Shown here one piece after another: positions 18,794 through 26,500 of a stretch of 35,602 bases of DNA (position 1 is its first letter; each line of letters starts with the position of its first letter). Where the stretch lies: positions 1 through 35,602 of the forward strand of contig JAYGCN010000026.1 in the NCBI GenBank assembly GCA_046583315.1. The letters are read 5' to 3'. Both the position numbers and the translations under genes were made by a program. This stretch comes from Candidatus Hydrogenedentota bacterium (lineage in GTDB: Bacteria > Hydrogenedentota > Hydrogenedentia > Hydrogenedentales > GCA-2746185). The notes beneath the pieces are model-generated. The model searched no databases. It was not told the DNA's origin and worked only from the letters and a program-made list of their open reading frames with translations.

Positions 18794-19822
18794 CTAGAAA
18801 ACCCGTGAACCGTCGGTCATGCTGTCTGGGTTTACCGACCGTCCCATGGTTCGTTCTCCGGTACTAAATATCTTTCCATTCACGATTTGGAATTGATTGC
18901 CGGTGGCGGGATCGATGGGGACGGTTCCACCGTCGGGAAACAGGAGCTGAAGGTTTTCGGGTTCCGAGCCATGTTCCGCCTGATAGAGCAGAACGCGCGC
19001 GCGCAGATCGGTGCCGAGGAATATTGAAAGGGAACGCTCGTATCCATCGCGCATGCTCTCGCGTGCAGGAGCGAAGATAAACCGTTCGGTCACGAATCGT
19101 TGCATGAAATTTTGCGTGTCCGACTCTCGTATCATCTCCCGCTCGTTCGCGACAAAGCTTTCGAAGGGTGGAATTTCGTTGATGTGCTGTTCGAGTTCTT
19201 GTTGAACGTATGCGAGTTGTTCGATGTCCAATGTGGGGAGCAGTTGATGGGTCGGGTACAGACCTTGAAAACTTGTCGACGTGAACAAGTTACTCGTCAT
19301 GAGTACTCCGCCTTGCGAAACAGCCTCCGCGAGGTCCAATAGGCAGAAGTAAGTATCAATCGCACCTTGGACATCCCCGGCATCCAAGAATCGATCGCCT
19401 TCATCTTTCAGATTTTTTGCAATTACTTCCATATCTCTATGCCATGCAAGCGCGCCCTCAGCGTCACTCGCAAAATCGAACACTGGTGGGATAATCAGTT
19501 CTGAGTCCAACGCGCTACGTATCAGCGAGACGAATTCTGCGTCGGGTGCTTGAGATTGGTTGAGTACGGCATCGTCACCGATTTCCGGATTGGGCACCGA
19601 CTCCGATGCAGAGCCCGTTTGTATTTCTTTGGCGAGTTGTTCAATTTCGGGAAAGCGGTTATCTTTCGAAGCATACTGAATACGCTGTTCTTCGAAGGAG
19701 ACGGGTGCATAATCTGTAGATGCCCGGCCATTGAGAAAGATGATCGCGCACATTACCAGACCCATAACGGCCACGATAATAACGGCCAATATTCGAGTTC
19801 GCCTCATCCATGGTGCTCCCAA
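18794..19822 (-). CDS. Hypothetical single-pass membrane protein with a GspG-like C-terminal motif (start may be ATG 19807)
   Basis: N-terminal basic residues plus TM helix; helical body; C-terminal Y..EHG..P..L..L...P.DP..G..F.....FS.G pattern. Confidence 0.65.
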   Translation of the reverse strand: MGAPWMRRTRILAVIIVAVMGLVMCAIIFLNGRASTDYAPVSFEEQRIQYASKDNRFPEIEQLAKEIQTGSASESVPNPEIGDDAVLNQSQAPDAEFVSLIRSALDSELIIPPVFDFASDAEGALAWHRDMEVIAKNLKDEGDRFLDAGDVQGAIDTYFCLLDLAEAVSQGGVLMTSNLFTSTSFQGLYPTHQLLPTLDIEQLAYVQQELEQHINEIPPFESFVANEREMIRESDTQNFMQRFVTERFIFAPARESMRDGYERSLSIFLGTDLRARVLLYQAEHGSEPENLQLLFPDGGTVPIDPATGNQFQIVNGKIFSTGERTMGRSVNPDSMTDGSRVF

Positions 19823-19883
19823 TATTTACGATTGTATGACTATACACCGAGATACCGATCAAAATTCATTGTTTCTTGTTCGC

Positions 19884-19912
19884 TTGCAGCCCGCAGGCAA
19901 TTTTGCGATACT
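19884..19912 (+). promoter_or_regulatory. Putative sigma70 promoter
   Basis: TTGCAG-17 bp-GATACT with an extended TG, upstream of the GGAG RBS and ATG 19958. Confidence 0.35.
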
Positions 19913-19957
19913 GAATCCTTCGTTGAGAGACTAATTATTGGGCTTTGGAGTCAATAG

Positions 19958-21367
19958 ATGAGCGGAATTATTGCATACGGAAGTTATGTTCCTTTTAATC
20001 GGTTACAGCGCGCGACCATTGGTGCCGCAATGGAGTCGCGTGGGGGCAAGGGCGAGCGTGCGGTTGCGAGTTATGATGAAGATTCCATTACGATGGCCGT
20101 GGAGGCGAGTCAGCGTGCATTATCGAACTTGAACAGTAACTCGATTCAGTCGGTCTATTTTGCATCCACGTCGGGGCCGTATCAGGAGAAGCTGAACGCG
20201 GCGACCGTGCATGCAGCGTTGAGATTGAATGCGTCGGCGCGCGCGTTGGATTTTGCAGGGTCGGTGCGTGTCGGTCTGGGTTCGCTCATTATGGCGAACG
20301 AATCGGCGTCGGTCAGCGGCAACGCGCTGGTAGCTCATTCGGATGTGCGTATGGGATTGCCGGAAGGAGCTGCTGAGTCGAACGGCGGCGATGGTGCCGC
20401 GGCGTTTGTGTTGGGTACGGAGAATGTTCTCGCGGAAGTTGTCGCGACGTATTCCGAAACGCTGGAGCATCAGGCCCTCTGGCGCGTGCCCGGGGAGGTC
20501 GCGCCGAAGACCTGGGAAGATCGTTTCGGATTGACGCAGATTTATGGTCCGCTAATGAGTCGAGGCGCGAAGGGCATATTGGAGAAGGCCGGATTGCAGG
20601 CGAGTGACCTGTCGACCGTGATTATTGACGTCCCGAATCAACGTGCCGTGGCGGGATTGATGAAGGAAATGGAATTCACGCCCGAGCAGGTGGAAGATAC
20701 ACAGGCCGATGATGTCGGGCATACGGGTGTGGCCCACGCGGGATTGATGTTGGCCGCCGCCCTGGATAGAGCGAAACAGGGTCAGAAAATTCTCGTGTTG
20801 TCAGTGTCAGATGGTGTGGACGCTGTGATTCTTGAAATCACTGCAGCGATTGACTCGTTTTCTCCGGCGGCGACGGTGAGACAACTGATAGAATCGAAAC
20901 GCAACGATTTGGCGTATACGCGTTATCTGAAGTGGCGCGGATTTCTGGAGAGCGAGCCGCCGCGACGTCCCGATCCAGCGCGCCCCGCGGGTCCGCCGTC
21001 ATTTCGCGCGAACGACTGGAAGTTCGGGTTTGTCGGGTCGGAGTGTACAGCCTGTAACACGCGACACCTGCCGCCGCAAAAAGTGTGTGTGAGCTGTGGC
21101 GCCGTGAATCAGATGATAGAAGTGCCGTATGCGCAGGAGACGGGTAAAGTGGCGACGTTTACGCTGGATCGTTTGGCGTACCACATGCAGCCGCCGATGA
21201 TTATGGCGATAATCGATTTCGACTGCGGGGGTCGCGTAGAATTAGAAATCACCGATTGCGAGCCGGACAACGTCGCCATCGGCAACGAACTAACATTGAC
21301 CTTCCGTCGTTTGTTTACGGCAGACGGTGTACATAATTACTTCTGGAAGGCACGGCCTTCACGATAG
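19958..21367 (+). CDS. HMG-CoA synthase-like (thiolase-fold) domain fused to a DUF35 Zn-ribbon/OB-fold
   Basis: GIIAYGSYVP, ERAVASYDEDSITMA, GDGAAAF and VGHTG; C-terminal CTAC-x10-CVSC, TFTLDRL and NYFWKARP. Confidence 0.85.
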   Translation: MSGIIAYGSYVPFNRLQRATIGAAMESRGGKGERAVASYDEDSITMAVEASQRALSNLNSNSIQSVYFASTSGPYQEKLNAATVHAALRLNASARALDFAGSVRVGLGSLIMANESASVSGNALVAHSDVRMGLPEGAAESNGGDGAAAFVLGTENVLAEVVATYSETLEHQALWRVPGEVAPKTWEDRFGLTQIYGPLMSRGAKGILEKAGLQASDLSTVIIDVPNQRAVAGLMKEMEFTPEQVEDTQADDVGHTGVAHAGLMLAAALDRAKQGQKILVLSVSDGVDAVILEITAAIDSFSPAATVRQLIESKRNDLAYTRYLKWRGFLESEPPRRPDPARPAGPPSFRANDWKFGFVGSECTACNTRHLPPQKVCVSCGAVNQMIEVPYAQETGKVATFTLDRLAYHMQPPMIMAIIDFDCGGRVELEITDCEPDNVAIGNELTLTFRRLFTADGVHNYFWKARPSR

Positions 21368-21378
21368 GAGATCGAACC

Positions 21379-22566
21379 ATGAGTAGTCACGGAATCTGCG
21401 ATAGAGTTGCGATTGTAGGCATGGGATGCACAAATTTTGGCGAACATTGGGACAAAAGCACGGGCGATATGCTAATCGAGTCGTCGACGGAAGCGCTGGA
21501 GTCGGCAGGTGTGACACTCGATGACATTGACGCCTTCTGGCTGGGTACGATGGGTAATCTCTCGGGATTGACCTTGTCGGATCCGTTGAAGATTCAGTAC
21601 AAGCCCGTGTCGCGTGTGGAGAATTTTTGCGCATCAGGCAGCGAGTCATTCCGCAATGCAGCCTATGCTGTAGCATCGGGCGCTTACGATGTTGTGATGG
21701 CGATAGGCGTCGAAAAGTTGAAGGACTCCGGTTTCTCAGGCTTGACCACTGGCGGCGTTCCGAGTGATGGTTCGAGTCCGACGACTACGGCGCCGGCACA
21801 TTTTTCGATGTTGGCTCCGGCGTATTTCAAGAAGTATGGGCTAGACGACGAAACGGGTAAAGAAGTCATTTCAAAAATCGCACAGAAGAATCATTATAAC
21901 GGCGCGCGCAATCCCAAGGCGCAGTTTCGAAAAGAGGTGCCCCTGGAAACGATCAAAAACTCTCCGTGCGTGGCGGGTCATCTCGGCATTATGGATTGTT
22001 CCGGTGTCAGCGATGGATCGGCAGCCGCGATTCTGGTGCGTGCGGAAGATGCGCACAAGTACACCGACAAACCAATCTACATTAAGGCTCTGTCTTTCGT
22101 GGCAGGGCCCGCGGAAGGTTCACTTCGTCAGGATTACGACTTCACGACCTTTCCAGAAGTCGAGGAATCGGCCAAGGAAGCATACCGTCAGGCCGGCGTT
22201 GAAAATCCCCGCGAAGAAATTTCAATGGCGGAAGTGCACGACTGCTTTACCCCGACCGAATTGGTGCTTTACGAAGATCTTGGATTCTCCGAGCGCGGAA
22301 AAGGGTGGCAGGACGTGATGGACGGAACCTTCGCGCTGGACGGAAGCCTGCCGGTAAATCCTGATGGTGGGCTCAAATCCTTCGGGCACCCAATCGGGGC
22401 ATCAGGCCTGCGCATGCTGTACGAGATGTGGTTGCAATTACGAGGCGAAGCCGGTGAACGGCAAATCGACAGTCCAAAACTTGGTTTGACACACAACCTC
22501 GGCGGTCGTCCCGGAAAATGTGTGAGCTTCGTGTCGATTGTTGGATCGGAATTGAACCCGGCGTAG
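21379..22566 (+). CDS. Thiolase, SCP2/archaeal-type (acetyl-CoA acetyltransferase family)
   Basis: VAIVGMG, VENFCASG, GVEK, NPKAQFR, DCSGVSDGSAA, EVHDCF, VNPDGGLKSFGHPIGASG and THNLGG. Confidence 0.92.
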   Translation: MSSHGICDRVAIVGMGCTNFGEHWDKSTGDMLIESSTEALESAGVTLDDIDAFWLGTMGNLSGLTLSDPLKIQYKPVSRVENFCASGSESFRNAAYAVASGAYDVVMAIGVEKLKDSGFSGLTTGGVPSDGSSPTTTAPAHFSMLAPAYFKKYGLDDETGKEVISKIAQKNHYNGARNPKAQFRKEVPLETIKNSPCVAGHLGIMDCSGVSDGSAAAILVRAEDAHKYTDKPIYIKALSFVAGPAEGSLRQDYDFTTFPEVEESAKEAYRQAGVENPREEISMAEVHDCFTPTELVLYEDLGFSERGKGWQDVMDGTFALDGSLPVNPDGGLKSFGHPIGASGLRMLYEMWLQLRGEAGERQIDSPKLGLTHNLGGRPGKCVSFVSIVGSELNPA

Positions 22567-22700
22567 AATCACTCTCAAACGGCATGCAAGGTTCATTTGA
22601 TTATTGTCGATTTTATCGCTATTCGCGGCGATAGAGTCGACATTTTTTTCTCGCTCGTTAAAGTATTGACACGATACGATGGTATACTTAGTCGCATTCA

Positions 22701-23381
22701 ATGGAGATGCGCATGACATTGGACAAAACGAATTCGACATATACCGCCAGCGAAGAGATGGCGAATATCATCACCCACGGCATCGGTGTGTTGTTGAGCA
22801 TTGTCGCGCTCTGGTTGATGGTGGTGTATGCGCTTCGCGATTTCGATGCGACCCACGTCATCGCCGTGTCCATATTTGGGGGTACGCTCATCCTGCTCTA
22901 CCTCATGTCGACGCTCTATCATTCGTTTCGAGACCCCGAATTGAAGCAATTATTTCGTGTATTGGACCATTCGAGCATTTATCTGCTGATTGCGGGAAGT
23001 TATACACCCTTTACATTGGTTTACCTGGAGGGTGCGTGGGCCTGGATAGTCATGTCAATTACATGGACCCTTGCGGTTAGCGGGGTCGTGTTCAAAATCT
23101 TCTTTATCAAGCGCTTTCATCTGCTATCGACAGCCATGTACGTTGCGATGGGTTGGACTGTGCTGATCGCCATTAAACCACTGATTGAGGCTACACCTAC
23201 AGGGGCAATGGTGTGGCTTACGGTAGGCGGGCTTCTGTATACCGGCGGCGTTGTGTTCTACCTTTGGAACAAGCTGCCGTATAACCATGCCATCTGGCAT
23301 CTTTTCGTTATGGGTGGATCATTCAGTCATTTTTGTGCTGTATTCTTGTATATTCTCGATCCCGTAGTCGCTGCTGCGTAA
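22701..23381 (+). CDS. Hemolysin III / PAQR family membrane protein (TrhA/YqfA-like)
   Basis: EEMANIITHG, STLYH, LDHSSIYLLIAGSYTP, YVAMGW and HAIWHLFV; about 7 TM segments. Confidence 0.93.
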   Translation: MEMRMTLDKTNSTYTASEEMANIITHGIGVLLSIVALWLMVVYALRDFDATHVIAVSIFGGTLILLYLMSTLYHSFRDPELKQLFRVLDHSSIYLLIAGSYTPFTLVYLEGAWAWIVMSITWTLAVSGVVFKIFFIKRFHLLSTAMYVAMGWTVLIAIKPLIEATPTGAMVWLTVGGLLYTGGVVFYLWNKLPYNHAIWHLFVMGGSFSHFCAVFLYILDPVVAAA

Positions 23382-23516
23382 AGAGTTATAAACATTTTGT
23401 AAACAGTTTAATTTTGTTTCGTCTTGCGTCGGTTTCTGGTAGTATAGAAACCATCTGATTCAAGTCGGTTCGGTGGGAAAGTGGCGACCGACTCGGCAGT
23501 TGGGGGTGGTACGAAT

Positions 23517-26500
23517 ATGACGCAATACGAACGCCATCAGCTTGCTGATGAAGCATCACGTCTGCTCAAAGAAGAGCAGGACGAGAAGGCGCTGGCCATT
23601 CTCGACAAGTTGGCGGTTACCTTACCCAAGGATGTGGACATTCAAGCGGCGCGCGCCTTCTGTCTGGGACGTCTTGATCGCATCGACGAGGCCTACGTGG
23701 TATTGGACATGGCCCGCGTGCATGGCAATACACCGCGGCTGAAGCAGACCGTTTCTTTTCTAAATTCACGACGGGGCCGCCCCGATCTGTCCACTGTTTC
23801 CACGAAGGGGCACCATACCCATAAATCGGTCCTTCCCGTTCTCGACATCAGGAACGACAGCAATCAGGAACTGACCAAGAAGCTTAGAGCCATTCAAAAC
23901 ACATTTGCATCCGAGATTGCGGGGCATCGTGAACGAGAAGAAGAAGCCCGGAAACGGGCGTTGCATGTCGAAAAAGCGTTACGAGACAAAGAGAGTACGT
24001 TGCAGGGAGCACTCAGCCGCAATGTTGAGCTCGAACTGTTGTTGTCGCAATTGGGCGAAGAAGTCTCCAATTTGCAACAAGGTCTGCTCGAATCCACCGG
24101 GCCTCAACTTCGTGTCATTGAAGCTGAACCGGCACAGTCGACCGACACGCTGGTGGAAGATATTCTCGACCACAAGATTGAGATGGATCGCCTGAATGTC
24201 CTGATTGATGAACGAGATGTGACTCTGACGGATGCCTTTCGAAAAACGGCTGAGTTGAAGAAGGAAGTCGCGTCTCTTCAGTCTGAACTCAAGAGCATGA
24301 GTGAGAATCGTGATGCCGAACAAGCCGCCATTGATGATATACAAGTGCGCGAGAGCGGCTGGGGCGGCGAGCGTTTGGTGTTTCAGGCTACGATTGACGA
24401 ACTGACCAATCGCTGTCACGGCGTTGAGGAACAACTGCGTACAAGTGAAGCGCGTGAGGCTGAGTTAAGGGCCCAGAATATACAGATCGAACAGTCGGAT
24501 TCGGCAGGGCAAGCCGAGCAGGCGTCAATGCTGAGCCAGGCCCAGGAGTCTCGTGCGGCGCTGGAAGGTGACATCATTTCCCTTCGCGATCAACTTGATG
24601 TGCTGAAGCAGAAATCGGCTTCCGGCAAGGTAGCGATTGAGGAATATGAGACTCGTGAAAATCGATGGGAAAACGATCGATCGGTGTTGCAGGCATCGAT
24701 AGATAAGCTGACCAATCGCTGTGGTGAGGTAGAGGAAAAGTTACTTTCCTCAGAAGCACATGAGGCTGAATTGGCTGCAGAAGTCACACAGGCTCTCGAA
24801 AACGCCTTCACGATTGATGCCGAACGTATCCAGAAGCTCGATGATGTCGAACAGGCTCGAGCTGCTTTAGAATCAGAAGTGACTACTCTGTGCGACGATC
24901 TTCGGGCGTTGAAAGAATCCCATGATAATCAACAAGGGGCTTCTGAGGATTATCAGGCACGCGAATACGCATGGGACGAAGAGCGGTTGGTCCTACAAGC
25001 TTCGATTGATGAGCTGACGAGTCGCTGTGAACGCGTCGAGGATCAAATCCGTATCGGAGAAGAACTTGAGACGAAACTCAGGGCACAGGTAGCACAGGCG
25101 CTTGATTCTGGAACAGCCGCAGATGCTGATCGCATCAAGAAGTTGAATGATGCCGAAGATTCCAGGATCGCACTCGAGAAGGATGTTCTGTCGCTGCGCG
25201 GGCAGCTTGACGCGTTGAAGGAAACGCGCGATTCGGACCAGGCAACTTCCGAGGAATATCAGAATCGTGAGAGTGCATGGGATGATGAGCGAATTTCTCT
25301 TCAGGCATCGATAGACGAACTGACGGATCGATGTGGAGCTGTATCGGACCAGCTTAAAGCGACCGGACGGGTTGAACTCGAACTGAGAGCGCAGGTTGCG
25401 CAGACGAGCGAAGTGGATTCGGCAGCGGAAAACGAACTTGCCGAGAGGCATCATGAGGCCGAGCAATCCCATGCTGAACTCGTCGCCACCCACGAAGAAC
25501 TCTATAGGGTTGTATTGGGGCTACAGGATCAAGTCGATCAAGCGGAGCTTTCAGAAACCGCATCGAACGAAGAAAAAGAAGCAACGGCGGCGCAACTTTC
25601 GGAACTTCGTAGTGGCCTGGCCGATGTCGCCGATGCATTAGAGGCTGAACGGTCGCGATCAACCGATTTACAGGCGCTTATTTCCGCTCACGAACAAGAG
25701 AAACGTACGCTCAACCAGAAAATTGACTCGCGCGCACAAGAACATCTTGCGCTCCAGACGCAGGTTGCCGAATTCCAGACGACTATTGAAGATTATCAGG
25801 CGCAACGCGACACGCTACATGCTGTGAAGACCAGCCTCGAATCTCAGTTGCAGGATTTATCACAGCTTCGCGATCAAATACAGTCGGAACTGGACGAGGC
25901 GCGCGTGAATCTTTCCACGACTGAGCAACGTGTTGTCGAGAAGAGCGAAGAACACGAGGGTGCCGTCCAAGCTATCGAAGAGTCGACCCGTCAGGTTGAT
26001 ACCCTTGAAGCGAGTTTGGCGGAAACGCAAGAACAACGCGAACAGGCCGAGCAGCGTTTGACGCAGTATTCAGATGAACTCGCTGCTGTTACTCAATCCC
26101 GAGACGCACTGGGTCAGGATCTCGTTGCAGCCAAAAACGAACGGGACAGGCTCACGCTTGAGTTAACTCAGGCACATGCCGACTTCAAACTTGTCGATCA
26201 GAGTGAGGTTGTTCGCCTAGAGGAGGTGTCTCATCTTCAACGTCAACTACGCGAAATGGAATCGACGGAATTCGCACGTCGAACTGAGGTCAATTCGCTT
26301 CGCACCGAAACGGAATCGCTTCGTGAAGAACACGCCAACGCACTCGCTGAGCATGCGGCCCTTGCGGCTCGCGGTACGACACTGGAGACGGAACTGGCGG
26401 CGGCCGAAGCTTCGATTGCAGAGCTTAGCCAAGCGCGCACGGCCGTGGTCGAATCGCGGGACGCACTTGAAAACGCATTGAACGATGCCCAATCGCACCT

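Noticed and set aside
22666..22688. TTGACA...TATACT as a canonical promoter
   Set aside because: The spacer is only 11 bp; at most an extended -10 element.
22701..23381. Hemolysin as a virulence toxin
   Set aside because: HlyIII/PAQR proteins are widespread membrane-homeostasis proteins; the name is not evidence of toxicity.
24345..25420. CRISPR-like or mobile DNA repeat
   Set aside because: Repeats are in-frame, diverged at synonymous positions and lack a repeat-spacer structure.
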